Shown piece after piece: positions 46,023-56,453 of a DNA stretch of 64,000 nt; within the stretch, counting starts at the first letter, position 1, and each line of letters begins with the position of its first letter. A program made the translations under genes and the position numbers. Origin of the DNA: Candidatus Micrarchaeia archaeon (GTDB lineage Archaea > Micrarchaeota > Micrarchaeia > Burarchaeales > Fermentimicrarchaeaceae); contig JAVZHX010000003.1 of assembly GCA_038871515.1 (NCBI GenBank), forward strand, positions 47,860 through 111,859, in the 5' to 3' direction. Under the pieces are notes generated by a model. The model saw only the letters and a list, made by a program, of their open reading frames with translations, was not told where the DNA came from and made no database searches.

Positions 46023-46148
46023 ATGAAGATTGACATCGCGCAACTAACCCTTGCAGAGGTTGAGGCGCTTGCTGAAAAATTCAGAGTGGGTAATGCTTCC
46101 ACCGTGATAAAGAGGATGGGCGACAGGCTTGTCCTTCACGTTGGCTAG
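46023..46148 (+). CDS. Microprotein (41 aa), paralog of 4352-4525
   Basis: MKIDIAQLTLAEVEALAEKFRVGNASTVIKRMGDRLVLHVG; SD GAGGTGG; below the ORF-track cutoff. Confidence 0.75.
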   Translation: MKIDIAQLTLAEVEALAEKFRVGNASTVIKRMGDRLVLHVG

Positions 46149-46201
46149 GCATCAATACCGGTGGAGGGGAGGAGTGGCTGAACCAGGGCTGATCGCCCTT
46201 C

Positions 46202-46240
46202 TGGGAGCTGCCGGCTAAGGAAATTTGCTGGCACCTCCCA
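46202..46240. other. GC-rich hairpin just downstream of rpl12 (terminator or structured RNA)
   Basis: TGGGAGCTGCCGGC...GCTGGCACCTCCCA stem with one mismatch and one wobble pair. Confidence 0.5.
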
Positions 46241-46251
46241 ACCCTTTAAAA

Positions 46252-46548
46252 CTAACCGAAAAGGGCTGAAAGTCCTGCCGCAGCTTCCTCTGCCGATGGT
46301 TTCTTCTCCTCTTTCTTCTCTTCCTTCTTTGCTTCCGGCGCTGCTGCCTGAGCTGGTGCAGCCGCAACTGGGAGAGCTGCCTGTTTAATTGCCTCATCTA
46401 TGTTAACTCCCTGCAACGCTGAAACAAGCGCTTTCACTTTTGCTTGGTCAACCTGCATCCCAGATGCTCCAACAACCTTTGCTACATTCTCCTCATTTAT
46501 CGGCTGCTTTGCAGAATGCAACAGCAGTGCCGCGTATACGTACTCCAT
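46252..46548 (-). CDS. rpl12: 50S ribosomal protein P1/L12
   Basis: [11 protein letters not shown]...GLSALFG. Confidence 0.97.
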   Translation of the reverse strand: MEYVYAALLLHSAKQPINEENVAKVVGASGMQVDQAKVKALVSALQGVNIDEAIKQAALPVAAAPAQAAAPEAKKEEKKEEKKPSAEEAAAGLSALFG

Positions 46549-46561
46549 AGAACTACCTCCT

Positions 46562-47410
46562 TTAAGCACCAACTTTTGCTTTCAAAGCACTCGCCTGAGC
46601 GCTTGCTTTGGCGAGCATCAAATCAATCACATCCTTCTCATAAACATTCGCGTTCAGCGCAAGGTTCTTTGAATTCATATGCGCTTTCTGCAGCAACAAC
46701 TTTATGTTCTGCTGAGTTGGGTAAACAACATTGAATGAAAGATTAAATGCTTCTGAAGCAGCCCTTCTGAACTCATCCAGAAGTTTCTTCTCATCAACAT
46801 CAAGCACATCCTTTTTATAAATCAAACCCTCTTCCCATGCTGCAAGAACGTTGAACATCACCTCAAAAGGCTCCACCCCAAGCTTCTGAAGTGCTTTTGC
46901 AGCTGCATCAGTTATTTTCTGCCCTGCTTTTGCAACAACAGAGTCGGTTGCAATCACAACCTTCCCTCCCTTTATCTGAGCGTTAACTCCTCCTTGCTTC
47001 AACTCTGATAGAACAGGCCCTGGCGGAAGGTTTGTTTCCCCTGCTGGAACAACTATGTCATACGGTGCAATCTGCCCTGGCTTTGCGGCTGCTTTTCCCT
47101 TGCTCTGCTTAACAATTCTGTAAAGCTGGAATGGGTTCATGTTTGTCAGCACAAGCGCAGTCGGCCCAGTCATCATATCCGCCAGCTTCCCTCTCCCAGC
47201 CTGCTCAAGCGCCCTTTTCATCAAAGAGTTTTTCGCAACAATTATTTCTGCTTCATTCCTCAGCTTTTTCCTCACTGCCTGCAAATACCTATCCGGGTAA
47301 TTACGCAAATCCGCAACTGCAACAACTTTATACTTTTTTATTCTTTCAGCTAGCTGAGAGACGAACTCCTGCTTCTTTTTCAGAGTTTCCTCCTTCATCT
47401 CATTCACCAA
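46562..47410 (-). CDS. rpl10: 50S ribosomal protein uL10/P0
   Basis: [26 protein letters not shown]. Confidence 0.96.
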   Translation of the reverse strand: MVNEMKEETLKKKQEFVSQLAERIKKYKVVAVADLRNYPDRYLQAVRKKLRNEAEIIVAKNSLMKRALEQAGRGKLADMMTGPTALVLTNMNPFQLYRIVKQSKGKAAAKPGQIAPYDIVVPAGETNLPPGPVLSELKQGGVNAQIKGGKVVIATDSVVAKAGQKITDAAAKALQKLGVEPFEVMFNVLAAWEEGLIYKKDVLDVDEKKLLDEFRRAASEAFNLSFNVVYPTQQNIKLLLQKAHMNSKNLALNANVYEKDVIDLMLAKASAQASALKAKVGA

Positions 47411-48032
47411 CTCTGCACGGCTTTCCCATTGTCAGCTTAACATAAACCGATTTTATCTTCTGCTCACCTGTTTTTGCTTCCACTGCATTGAGAACTGCCT
47501 CAATATTATCGGCAAGCTCCTCCGCAGACATATTCTCAGTTCCAACTAAACAATGAACAACAGGAAGGTATTTTCCTTTGCTTTTTATTCTAACAATTTT
47601 CTTTGCTCTTTCAACAGCTTCCTCAAGCTTCATCCCGAGCAATGGCTTTGGAAGCTTTCCTTTAACACCAAGCACCTGACCCAGGTGCTTTCCGACCAAT
47701 GCCATCAGATTCGGCTGGGCGATAAACTCGTAATCCAGCATCTGCTTCAGCTTCACCTTATCCTCAGCAAGCTTTGGTATCTCATCACCAGTTATAACTG
47801 TCAAACCAAGCTTTTTCGCATCAAGCGCAAGCTGTCCATCTGCAAAAACAGCAACCTTCTGCTCCCTCCCCTTCCCTCTGGGGAGCACTACCTCAAGGTT
47901 GAGCCTGTTCTCCTGCTTGTTGAAGTCAATATCCTTAAAATTAATTGCAAGCTCAACGCTCTGCGTGAACTTTCTTTTTCCTTTCTCTTGCAAAGCAGCG
48001 TTAACTGCTTTCAGTATTTTCTCTCTTTCCAT
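47400..48032 (-). CDS. rpl1: 50S ribosomal protein uL1
   Basis: RKFTQSVEL, LG..GKLPKP, VKLTMG. Confidence 0.96.
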   Translation of the reverse strand: MEREKILKAVNAALQEKGKRKFTQSVELAINFKDIDFNKQENRLNLEVVLPRGKGREQKVAVFADGQLALDAKKLGLTVITGDEIPKLAEDKVKLKQMLDYEFIAQPNLMALVGKHLGQVLGVKGKLPKPLLGMKLEEAVERAKKIVRIKSKGKYLPVVHCLVGTENMSAEELADNIEAVLNAVEAKTGEQKIKSVYVKLTMGKPCRVGE

Positions 48033-48104
48033 TTCACCCCTCCTGCTCAAAGCAGTCAAGCGGGAAAAGGAGTGGAAAATTTATGGCAGATAAAGAATAT
48101 AAAG

Positions 48105-49754
48105 CTATTGCTTTCTTCTGAACTTTTTGAGAAGCATATAACCTCCTACAAGCAGAACTACCAGTAGAATTAAACCACCGGCTGCATAGGGAAGAACATC
48201 AAAAACTTTCACAACCTTTATTTTCAATTCTTTCGTCTCATACCCCTCCTTGCTGACATTGAAAGTGAACTCCCCTTCCTTTTCTGCTTTTATTGGATTG
48301 CCTCTCTCATCCTTCTCAACAACTCCCCTCTCATTTCCAACATACTTCTTCCCAAATATCATAACTTCTGGGTATGGAACTGGGTTTCCTTCGCTGTCCT
48401 TCACCTCAAACTTCAATGAGGAGCCGGCAACAACTGTTTCTGAAAATGAAACAACAAGTTGCTTCAGAACAGGCTTCTTTGTGAAGTGAACAAGCAAACG
48501 CGAGTAGGGAGGAAGTTCGACGTTTCCTTTCGCATCAATCGTTCTCGCCTCCACAATGTAATCCCCATCCTCCACTGATGAGGTATCCCACGTGAAGCTC
48601 CACCTCTCCTTTCCGGTTGCATTCAACCACTCCCCTCCCTCCACTCTCACCTGGACATAACCAACTCCGTAATCAGCAGATGAGTTGCCGTTAATAACAA
48701 CCGGACTGCCTGTGACGTTTATTGAGTGAGATGGGAATTGGCTGAGTGTTGTTGAAACCGCATAAACCCTCCCATCGTATGAACCAACGTAAAGCAACCC
48801 ATCCTTCAAAACCGGAGTTGCAATAACCCAGTTACCTGTTTGATATTTCCAGTCAATCACTCCATCTGGCTTCACTCCGTAAATATTGCTGTCCGTTGTC
48901 CCGAAATACACCATACCTGTTTCACTGCTGTAATAAACGTTTGACTGCGCCTCTGTTCCTGTTGAAATATTCCAAACACTACTCCCATCACCTGCATAAA
49001 CCGCGTAGATGTTTCCATCCTTACACGGGAAGAAAAGCAGGTTATCTTTTGAAATTGAGAAGGCAGATTGAATTTTCCCAGGAAATTTTCTGCTCCAGAG
49101 AACAGTGCCGTTGAACGCGTGGAATGCATACAGCTTCCCCTCATCTGAACCAGCATAAACAATCCAGTTGTGTGCAAGCGGTGAGGAGGAGAAAGGAAGA
49201 TAACCTGAGTAATTCCACATAAGCCTTCCGTTTATTGCTTCAAGCGCATAGAAATTTCCATCACTTGAACCAAAGTAAACAACATCGTATGCAACTGCCG
49301 GTGATGAAAGAATTTTGTCTTTTGTTTGAAACTTCCATGCAAGCGTTCCATTCAGCCAGAGTGCATAAAAAGTTTGGTTTGAGCTGAAGAAAACCATTTT
49401 TTCTGAGACTGCTGGGGAGGAGAGAATTTTGTCTTTTGTTTGAAACTTCCATGCAAGCGTTCCATTCAGCCAGAGTGCATAAAGGTTTCCGTCATTTGAG
49501 CCAAAGAAAACCATGTTTTTTGAAACTGCGGGAGAGGATTGTATCTTTCCAACCTTGCCGAACTGCCAGATAAGTTCTCCGGTGGTGGAGTTCAACGCGT
49601 AAAACATGCCGTTTGCCGAGCCAACTAAAATCATACCGTCATAAAGCATGGGGGATGCAACAATATAGTCGCCAGTATTGAACGACCACTTCTCATACCT
49701 AACTCCCTGCGCTGCAACTGATGAGATGAGCAGCAGTAGAAACAATTTTCTCAT
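48105..49754 (-). CDS. Surface PQQ-like beta-propeller plus Ig-like domains with a C-terminal TM anchor
   Basis: Signal peptide; repeated SSP..VYFGS.DG..YA..G...W blades. Confidence 0.88.
   Translation of the reverse strand: MRKLFLLLLISSVAAQGVRYEKWSFNTGDYIVASPMLYDGMILVGSANGMFYALNSTTGELIWQFGKVGKIQSSPAVSKNMVFFGSNDGNLYALWLNGTLAWKFQTKDKILSSPAVSEKMVFFSSNQTFYALWLNGTLAWKFQTKDKILSSPAVAYDVVYFGSSDGNFYALEAINGRLMWNYSGYLPFSSSPLAHNWIVYAGSDEGKLYAFHAFNGTVLWSRKFPGKIQSAFSISKDNLLFFPCKDGNIYAVYAGDGSSVWNISTGTEAQSNVYYSSETGMVYFGTTDSNIYGVKPDGVIDWKYQTGNWVIATPVLKDGLLYVGSYDGRVYAVSTTLSQFPSHSINVTGSPVVINGNSSADYGVGYVQVRVEGGEWLNATGKERWSFTWDTSSVEDGDYIVEARTIDAKGNVELPPYSRLLVHFTKKPVLKQLVVSFSETVVAGSSLKFEVKDSEGNPVPYPEVMIFGKKYVGNERGVVEKDERGNPIKAEKEGEFTFNVSKEGYETKELKIKVVKVFDVLPYAAGGLILLVVLLVGGYMLLKKFRRKQ
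49309..49483. repeat. 61-bp identical direct repeat within the propeller gene
   Basis: 49309-49369 is identical to 49423-49483; offset 114 bp. Confidence 0.88.
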
Positions 49755-49823
49755 TCATCCACCAATTGTTTATTGTTGATTTGTTAATATAACTTTCCCA
49801 TCCAATTGTTTTTTATACTCAGA

Positions 49824-50567
49824 ATGAGCAATTTTTTCGTGAAAAAATTTAAAGAAAAAACATTCCAGGAAGAAGTTGAAGCGCTTTCCCCTCACCAACT
49901 TCTTGAGAAGTTTGACGAGATTGCCGAGTTGAGGAGGGGGAAGGATGCTCCTCACCACACTGTTGTTGAAGCAGCTGAGAGGTATTTTAAAAAAGGAGCA
50001 AAAGTGCTTGACCTGGGAGCCGGCACCGGCAAATACGTAACCGCGCTTGCTGAGAAAGGAATTGAGGTAACTCCTGTTGATATTTCAAGAAAAGCGCATG
50101 AGGTTATAAAGGAGGAGAAGCTTGAGAGAGGAGTGAAGGGAGAGCAGATGAGGGCAGATATAACAAAACTCCCTTACAGGGACGGAAGCTTTGACGGAGC
50201 TATTTTCTTTGGCACTGCTTCTTTTATGAAAAGGGAGAAGATAAATGAAGCGCTGTCTGAAATACAAAGAGTTCTTAAACCTGGTGGAGTTCTGATAGCA
50301 GGCTTTCCCTCAACATCAAGCGATATATACGAGTTGAACAGAAGTTTCAGAGATAACTCAAAAACAGTAAAAGTTTTGGACAGACAGCTCATGTTCGGCG
50401 ATGTTCCCCTGAATTTTTTTGATAAAAATGATTTTGAGGAGTATGCGAAAATTATTGAGAGAAACTTTAAGATAATTGAGAAAAAGCACGAGATTTCAAG
50501 CTTGTTTCTTGAAGGAGCGCATTACATGTCTCATTGGAACTGGATTCTGATTGCCCAGAAACTATGA
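49824..50567 (+). CDS. Class I SAM-dependent methyltransferase
   Basis: [33 protein letters not shown]. Confidence 0.9.
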   Translation: MSNFFVKKFKEKTFQEEVEALSPHQLLEKFDEIAELRRGKDAPHHTVVEAAERYFKKGAKVLDLGAGTGKYVTALAEKGIEVTPVDISRKAHEVIKEEKLERGVKGEQMRADITKLPYRDGSFDGAIFFGTASFMKREKINEALSEIQRVLKPGGVLIAGFPSTSSDIYELNRSFRDNSKTVKVLDRQLMFGDVPLNFFDKNDFEEYAKIIERNFKIIEKKHEISSLFLEGAHYMSHWNWILIAQKL

Positions 50568-51029
50568 AAACAACTTGTCGTGCTTGCCCTCATTTACTTC
50601 CTTTATCACTTCCTTTGGGTTCTTTCCCTCGCAGGTAACTCCCATGCTCACGCAGGTTCCAAGCACTTCATTCACAGCTGCTTTCAGCTCTTTTGCAAGG
50701 GTTGTTTTCATCTTTGCTATTTTCACAACCTGCTCCAAAGTTAAATTTCCAACAACCTCTCCCTTTGCCTTCGCTCCCTTCTCCACCCCAAGCTCCTTCT
50801 TTATAAGCGCGCTCACCGGTGGAGTCCCAACCTCTATTTCAAACTCCTTCGTATCCTTGTCAACAATCACTTTCACAGGAACTTTCAAACCAGCAAAATC
50901 CTTTGTTTTGTTGTTTATTGCCTCAATTATCTTAGCTATATTCACTCCCAATGGACCCAGAGCAGGCCCAAGAGGCGGTCCTGCCGTTGCCTTTCCACCA
51001 TCAACAAGCGCTTGAACTGTCACTTTCAA
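50562..51029 (-). CDS. rpl11: 50S ribosomal protein uL11
   Basis: [23 protein letters not shown]. Confidence 0.97.
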   Translation of the reverse strand: MKVTVQALVDGGKATAGPPLGPALGPLGVNIAKIIEAINNKTKDFAGLKVPVKVIVDKDTKEFEIEVGTPPVSALIKKELGVEKGAKAKGEVVGNLTLEQVVKIAKMKTTLAKELKAAVNEVLGTCVSMGVTCEGKNPKEVIKEVNEGKHDKLFS

Positions 51030-51039
51030 TTAAAACACC

Positions 51040-51480
51040 TCACTCTGCTTTTTGATACATTCTCACAGTGTTTATTTTTATAGTAACTGGAATTGGAACA
51101 GCAACCTCAAGCAGCTCAACAGTCACCTCATCCTTCGCCTCATCTATTTTAATTATCTTCGCCTTCTCTCCCTTGAATGGGCCGCTTATCAGCTCAACAA
51201 TATCTCCTTTTGCTATCTGCAGCTTTGTTGTCCTTGTTTCAATTAACGGGGCTATCTCCTCAATTTTCATGCTTTTTGACAGAACTCCCTTTATATGTGG
51301 GATTTTCATCGCAGCCTGCCTTGCAGCAACCTCATCCTCAGCTTCAACAACAAGGTAGCCCCTCATATCCTCAAGCAGTGCAATTGCATAAAGAGGAAGG
51401 TTCTCCTTCTTAACCTTATTTCTCAGTATATCCGCAACAACCTTCTCCTGCCCTGCAGTTACCCTGTAAACAAATATCAC
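51040..51480 (-). CDS. spt5: Transcription elongation factor Spt5 (NusG)
   Basis: TAGQE, GY..VEA, KOW GDIVELISGPFKGE. Confidence 0.96.
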   Translation of the reverse strand: MIFVYRVTAGQEKVVADILRNKVKKENLPLYAIALLEDMRGYLVVEAEDEVAARQAAMKIPHIKGVLSKSMKIEEIAPLIETRTTKLQIAKGDIVELISGPFKGEKAKIIKIDEAKDEVTVELLEVAVPIPVTIKINTVRMYQKAE

Positions 51481-51488
51481 GAAAACAC

Positions 51489-51659
51489 CTATCTCTCAAG
51501 CAGTTGGAAAATTAAAGTTATAACGTAGCCAACCACTCCTATCGCAACCATCCCCAAACCTGTTACTTTCAGCGTTGTGTAAAAATCCTCCTGCGTGGGT
51601 CTATAGCAAACCCTCAGAACACGCAGTGCTTTTTGAATGAACTCATTTAAATTAAACAT
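51489..51659 (-). CDS. secE: Protein translocase SecE/Sec61-gamma (56 aa)
   Basis: RVLRVCYRPTQEDF...GLG..IG..GY; sits between ftsZ and spt5; below the ORF-track cutoff. Confidence 0.92.
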   Translation of the reverse strand: MFNLNEFIQKALRVLRVCYRPTQEDFYTTLKVTGLGMVAIGVVGYVITLIFQLLER

Positions 51660-51667
51660 GCTCACAC

Positions 51668-52738
51668 CTATATTATTGAATCCAAATCTATTTCAGGCGG
51701 TTCAACCTTAACTTCAACTTTCTCATAATCCGGAAGGGTTGCGCCAGCTATAACGACAAGCACTTTCATAACTGATTTGTTCAGCTCTGGCTCAACTCTA
51801 GCTCCCCAAATAATGTGGGAGTTTGGATGAATTCTCTTTGAAATTTCCTCAACAACAAGCTCAGCTTCCCTCAGCGTCATATCCGCTCCACCAGTTACGT
51901 TAACTAGCGCTTTATTTGCTTCCTTTATATCAGTGTCAAGCAGCGGGCTGTTCAGCGCGTTCTCAACAGCGGTTACTGCTCTCTCATCCGGTTTCACATT
52001 TGCATTGGATTCACCGAACCCAATAACAGCACATCCGGCATCTTTCAGTATTGTCCTCAAGTCAGCAAAATCAAGGTTAACCAAACCAACCTTTGTAACA
52101 AGCTCGGTAATTCCTTTTACTGAGCTTGAGAGAACTTCATCAGCAACTTTGAAAGCAGTGTTCAAAGGCAAATCAGGAACAATGGAAAGAAGTTTGTCAT
52201 TCGGTATTACTATCACGGTATCAACCTGTCTCTTCAGCTTGTTCAACCCCTCAAGCGCGTTCTGCCTCCTCACCTTTCCTTCAGAGAGAAATGGAAGGGT
52301 TACGACAGCAACTGTGAGAGCACCGAGGTTTTTTGCCTCCTCTGCGATTATATGAGCGCTTCCAGTTCCCGTCCCACCTCCAAGCCCGCAGGTTACGAAA
52401 ACCATCTGGGAAGCAGAGAGCAACTTCCTAATCTCCTCCTTGCTCTCCTTCGCAGCTTCCTCCCCAACCGATGGATTGCTTCCTGCTCCCAAACCCTTTG
52501 TTGTGTTTCTTCCAAGCAACAGCTTCCTATCCGCCCTTGTTTTTACAAGGTGGTGCGCATCTGTGTTCATCGCAATTGTGGTAGCTCCCTCAATCCCAAC
52601 CTCAAATATTCTGTTCAGCGTGTTGCACCCTGCCCCCCCTGTCCCCACGACACATATTTTAGGGGCTGCACTCTCTATGAACTTCAGCAACTCCTCATCT
52701 TCCTTTGAGAGAAACTCCTTTTCAATCAAGCCAGCCAA
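51668..52738 (-). CDS. ftsZ: Cell division protein FtsZ
   Basis: GGAGCN, NTD, GGGTGTG, NLDFAD. Confidence 0.97.
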   Translation of the reverse strand: MAGLIEKEFLSKEDEELLKFIESAAPKICVVGTGGAGCNTLNRIFEVGIEGATTIAMNTDAHHLVKTRADRKLLLGRNTTKGLGAGSNPSVGEEAAKESKEEIRKLLSASQMVFVTCGLGGGTGTGSAHIIAEEAKNLGALTVAVVTLPFLSEGKVRRQNALEGLNKLKRQVDTVIVIPNDKLLSIVPDLPLNTAFKVADEVLSSSVKGITELVTKVGLVNLDFADLRTILKDAGCAVIGFGESNANVKPDERAVTAVENALNSPLLDTDIKEANKALVNVTGGADMTLREAELVVEEISKRIHPNSHIIWGARVEPELNKSVMKVLVVIAGATLPDYEKVEVKVEPPEIDLDSII

Positions 52739-52801
52739 AATATCGCCTCTTTGAATTATACGTGTGTTTTAATTAATAAAGGTTTATATCCTTTCGGTTG
52801 C

Positions 52802-52996
52802 ATGAGAAGGATAAAAGCATGTTCTTTATGCGGAAGCTTGAAGATAAAGCCAGCTTCGCTGAGCGAGGGAGGGGTGCCTGGCGCATCTGAAATCGCAGGG
52901 GTTTACTGGTGCAGCACTTGTGGAAAGAAAGTTCCTTCTGCAGTTTTCAAAAGCATAAATGAGTATAAAAAATTCTTGAGGGGAATTCACAGATAG
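52802..52996 (+). CDS. Small zinc-ribbon protein
   Basis: CSLCGS...CSTCG. Confidence 0.6.
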   Translation: MRRIKACSLCGSLKIKPASLSEGGVPGASEIAGVYWCSTCGKKVPSAVFKSINEYKKFLRGIHR

Positions 52997-53037
52997 GCTA
53001 TTAAACCATTTTCTGCAATTGATTATCAGGTGGTTTT

Positions 53038-53952
53038 TTGCACAGGGAAGTTGAGCGAGTGAGAAGGAATATAAAAAATTTGAAGGTGCAGGGAGCGAGA
53101 AACATTGCAAAAGCAGCGATGGGAGCGATGGGAATGCTCGCCCGCAAGTCAAAAGCAAAAACAAGGGAGGAGTTCATCAATGAGTTGCTTGTTGCAGCAG
53201 ATGAGCTTGCATCCGCAAGGCCAACTGAGCCGATGCTGAGGAATGCTTTGAGGAGTTTGTTCGTGGAAGTTAAGAAAAGCAAGGGAGAAGTTGATGAGTT
53301 GAAGAGAATTGTTGGGAGGGAGGAGAGGGAGTATTTCAAGAAAGTTGCAGAAAGTGAGGAAAGGATAACTGAGTATGGGGCAAGGGAGCTTTCAAACTGC
53401 TCCGTTATAATGACTCACTGCCACAGCAGCTTGGTTGTTTCAATTCTTAAAAGAGTGAATGATATAAAAAGAGGGGTGAGGGTTATCTGCACTGAGACAA
53501 GGCCGAAGTTTCAGGGTTTGATAACTGCAAGGGAGCTCAGCAGCGCAGGCTTGAAGGTAACTCTTATAGTTGACTCTGCCGTAAGCAGCTTCATGAAGGA
53601 AGTTGATGCGGTAATTGTTGGAGCAGATGCGATAACAAGCAGAGGTGATTTGATAAATAAAATTGGAACTGCGGGAATTGCTGTGATTGCACATGAAAAC
53701 GGGGTGAGCTTCTACTCTGCTGCCGAAACATTTAAATTTGACCCACTTACCCTTTGGGGTGGAATTGAAAAAATAGAGGAAAGGGAGCCAGATGAGGTAG
53801 TTAAACCAGAGAAGCTGAAAGGAGTTGAAATAAGAAACCCCGCCTTTGATGTCACACCAGCAAGGTATGTGACTGCGTATATAACTGAGATGGGAGTTAT
53901 ACCTCCCCAAAGCCTTCTGAATGTTATAATGAAAGGTGGATTTGTGTACTAG
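53038..53952 (+). CDS. Ribose-1,5-bisphosphate isomerase (eIF2B-like)
   Basis: QGA, RPTEP, THCHS, ETRP, GAD, NKIGT, NPAFD; adjacent to AMP phosphorylase. Confidence 0.88.
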   Translation: MHREVERVRRNIKNLKVQGARNIAKAAMGAMGMLARKSKAKTREEFINELLVAADELASARPTEPMLRNALRSLFVEVKKSKGEVDELKRIVGREEREYFKKVAESEERITEYGARELSNCSVIMTHCHSSLVVSILKRVNDIKRGVRVICTETRPKFQGLITARELSSAGLKVTLIVDSAVSSFMKEVDAVIVGADAITSRGDLINKIGTAGIAVIAHENGVSFYSAAETFKFDPLTLWGGIEKIEEREPDEVVKPEKLKGVEIRNPAFDVTPARYVTAYITEMGVIPPQSLLNVIMKGGFVY

Positions 53953-53960
53953 GTGGTTGT

Positions 53961-55481
53961 ATGGTTGAGAAAGGGTATACGCTGAAAACGAAAATATTTG
54001 ACGTTGAAACAGGAAGAAACGTTGTTGTTTTGAATGAAAGCGAAGCAGCTGAAATGGATGTGTTTGTTGGGGACAGAGTGATTGTGAATAAAGGAGGGAA
54101 GAGATGCACTGCAATTGTTGATTTGAGCGATACGCTTGTCAAAAAAGGGGAGGTTGCGCTTTTCTCAGACACCGCATGCGAGATAGGTGCGAAGTATGGC
54201 GAAACTGTTGAAATTCTGCCAACCGCCAACCCAGCTTCAGTTGAAATTATAAAGAAAAAAATGGATGGTGGGGATTTGCATGAGGAGGAGATAAAAACAG
54301 TGATACATGAGCTGATGGAGAATAAGTTAAGTGAAACTGAGCTTGCTTCCTTTGTGACTTCTTTGTATATACGTGGGTTGAGCAATGATGAGACTGTTTA
54401 TTTAACGAATGCGATTGTTGAATCCGGAAGCACACTTGAATTAGGAGTTGGACCTATAGTTGATAAGCACTGCTCTGGAGGGGTTGCAGGAAACAGAACG
54501 ACAATGATACTCGTTCCCATAATAGCTGCTGCTGGTTTGTATATACCAAAAACATCCGCAAGGTCAATCACCTCCCCGGCTGGAACTGCGGATACGATGG
54601 AGGTGCTTGCCCCTGTTACGTTTGGAATTGATGAGATGAGGGAGATTGTGCTCAAAACGCATGGGTGCGTTGTTTGGGGAGGGGCAATGGGATTGGCTGC
54701 AGCTGATGATAAATTGATAAGGATAAGGCACTCAATGAGGCTTGACCCAAAAGGAGTGCTTTTGGCAAGCATACTTGCAAAGAAAAAATCTGTTGGCGCG
54801 GAGTATGTTGTGATAGACATACCTGTTGGAAGAGGGGCGAAAATAGAGGACAGCAGGGTTGCAAATGAGCTTGCAAGGGATTTTCTGGAGCTGGGTGAGA
54901 AGCTGGGGATGAAAACTGAGTGCTATATAACTGTTGGCAGAGGTCCAATTGGGAATGGGATAGGGCCTGCTCTTGAAGCAAGGGATGTGCTGAGAGTACT
55001 GCAGGGGGATGGACCGCAGGACTTGGCTGAAAAATCCGTTATTCTTGCAGGCGCGCTGCTTGAGCTATGCGGGAAGGTTGAGAGGGGGAGGGGTTATGCG
55101 GTTGCAAGCGAGATACTGAAATCTGGAAAGGCGCTTGAGAAGATGAGGGAGATAATAGAGGCGCAGGGAGGCAACCCAAGAGTAAGAGTGGAGGATATTG
55201 GAATCGGAAGCTACAAGACGGAAATAAGAAGCAAGAGGGAGGGAAGGGTTCATCACGTTGATAACAGAAGCATATCAAAAATTGCGAGAGCTGCTGGAGC
55301 ACCTAAAAACAAAGGTGCAGGAGTTATTCTACACGTGAAGGAAGGGGATAAGGTGAATGAAGGTGATGTTCTTTTTGAAATAATTGCTGAGAGCGAGACA
55401 AAGCTGAGCATGGCGTTGGAGGTTGCTGAGAAACTGGAAGCAGTTGAAATGCAGAAAGTGATACTCGGGAGGTATGGGTGA
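53961..55481 (+). CDS. AMP phosphorylase
   Basis: N-terminal barrel, DKH.SGG.AGN, PKTSARSITSPAGTAD, ASILAKK. Confidence 0.94.
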   Translation: MVEKGYTLKTKIFDVETGRNVVVLNESEAAEMDVFVGDRVIVNKGGKRCTAIVDLSDTLVKKGEVALFSDTACEIGAKYGETVEILPTANPASVEIIKKKMDGGDLHEEEIKTVIHELMENKLSETELASFVTSLYIRGLSNDETVYLTNAIVESGSTLELGVGPIVDKHCSGGVAGNRTTMILVPIIAAAGLYIPKTSARSITSPAGTADTMEVLAPVTFGIDEMREIVLKTHGCVVWGGAMGLAAADDKLIRIRHSMRLDPKGVLLASILAKKKSVGAEYVVIDIPVGRGAKIEDSRVANELARDFLELGEKLGMKTECYITVGRGPIGNGIGPALEARDVLRVLQGDGPQDLAEKSVILAGALLELCGKVERGRGYAVASEILKSGKALEKMREIIEAQGGNPRVRVEDIGIGSYKTEIRSKREGRVHHVDNRSISKIARAAGAPKNKGAGVILHVKEGDKVNEGDVLFEIIAESETKLSMALEVAEKLEAVEMQKVILGRYG

Positions 55482-56408
55482 ATGAAGCTTCTTGGAAGTA
55501 AAGTTATGGATATGAATTTAAAGGAGGGAATGTCTGTTGCGGAGCTAGTTGAGCAGATGGGCTCTGCAGGTGGTTTCACAGCGCAACACCTTGCAAAGGG
55601 AGTTGGTATATTAAAAAAAATGCTGGAGGATGATGGGTGCACAAACTTTCTTTCCTTTCCAGCCTGCGTTGTTGCAACTGGTTTGAGAGGAGTTCTTGCG
55701 CAGCTTGTGAAGGAGTTTGATGTGATTGTAACAACCGGTGGAACTTTTGACCATGATTTGGCGAGGGGATGGGGAGGGGAGTATTTTCACGGCAGTTTTG
55801 AGCTGGATGATGGAGCACTGCATAGAATGGGAGTGAACAGGCTTGGCAACGTGCTGATACCAAATTCCAGTTACGGAATTCTTTTGGAAAGGAAAATGAC
55901 TCCAATTCTAAAAGAGCTTACAAAAAAGAAGGAGGAGTGGAGTGGGAGGGAGCTTGCGTATGAGTTTGGTATGCGCGTGAAGGATAAAAATTCAATTCTC
56001 CATCAGGCTGCGAAGTGCAGAATTCCAGTTTACTCTCCAGGCATACTGGATGGTGCTTTTGGAACGAACCTTGTGATTTTTTCGCAGGATAACAAGTTTA
56101 AATTGAATTTATTGAAGGATGAGAAGGAGCTGAGCGATATTGTTTTTGACAGCAAAAGAAGAGGCGCTTTGATGGTTGGCGGTGGAATTTCAAAGCACCA
56201 CACAATTTGGTGGAATCAGTTCAAAGGTGGGTTGGATTATGCGGTTTATATAACAACTGCAACTCCTTTTGACGGCAGTTTGAGCGGGGCAAGGCTTACG
56301 GAGGCAATCTCGTGGGGAAAGGTGAAGGAAAAGGCAAAGCAGGTTACAATTGATGGAGATGCAACTGTAATTCTTCCTTTGATGGCTGCTGCTCTGAGAA
56401 AATGGTAA
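55482..56408 (+). CDS. dys: Deoxyhypusine synthase
   Basis: NRLGNV, GGGISKHH, DGSLSGA..EAISWGK, DAT. Confidence 0.95.
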   Translation: MKLLGSKVMDMNLKEGMSVAELVEQMGSAGGFTAQHLAKGVGILKKMLEDDGCTNFLSFPACVVATGLRGVLAQLVKEFDVIVTTGGTFDHDLARGWGGEYFHGSFELDDGALHRMGVNRLGNVLIPNSSYGILLERKMTPILKELTKKKEEWSGRELAYEFGMRVKDKNSILHQAAKCRIPVYSPGILDGAFGTNLVIFSQDNKFKLNLLKDEKELSDIVFDSKRRGALMVGGGISKHHTIWWNQFKGGLDYAVYITTATPFDGSLSGARLTEAISWGKVKEKAKQVTIDGDATVILPLMAAALRKW

Positions 56409-56453
56409 CGTATAAAAATTAGTAAGTTCCATAAACAAGGGAGAGGTGAATGG

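Noticed and set aside
46149..46250. Fluoride riboswitch, SRP RNA or C/D sRNA
   Set aside because: Only a GGGCTGAT fragment resembles them; the other consensus elements are missing.
49309..49483. DGR template/variable repeat pair
   Set aside because: The copies are identical with no adenine-specific mismatches, and no reverse transcriptase is present.
53038..55481. R15P isomerase plus AMP phosphorylase as a novel pathway
   Set aside because: This is the known archaeal AMP/RuBisCO pathway; RuBisCO is simply not in this window.
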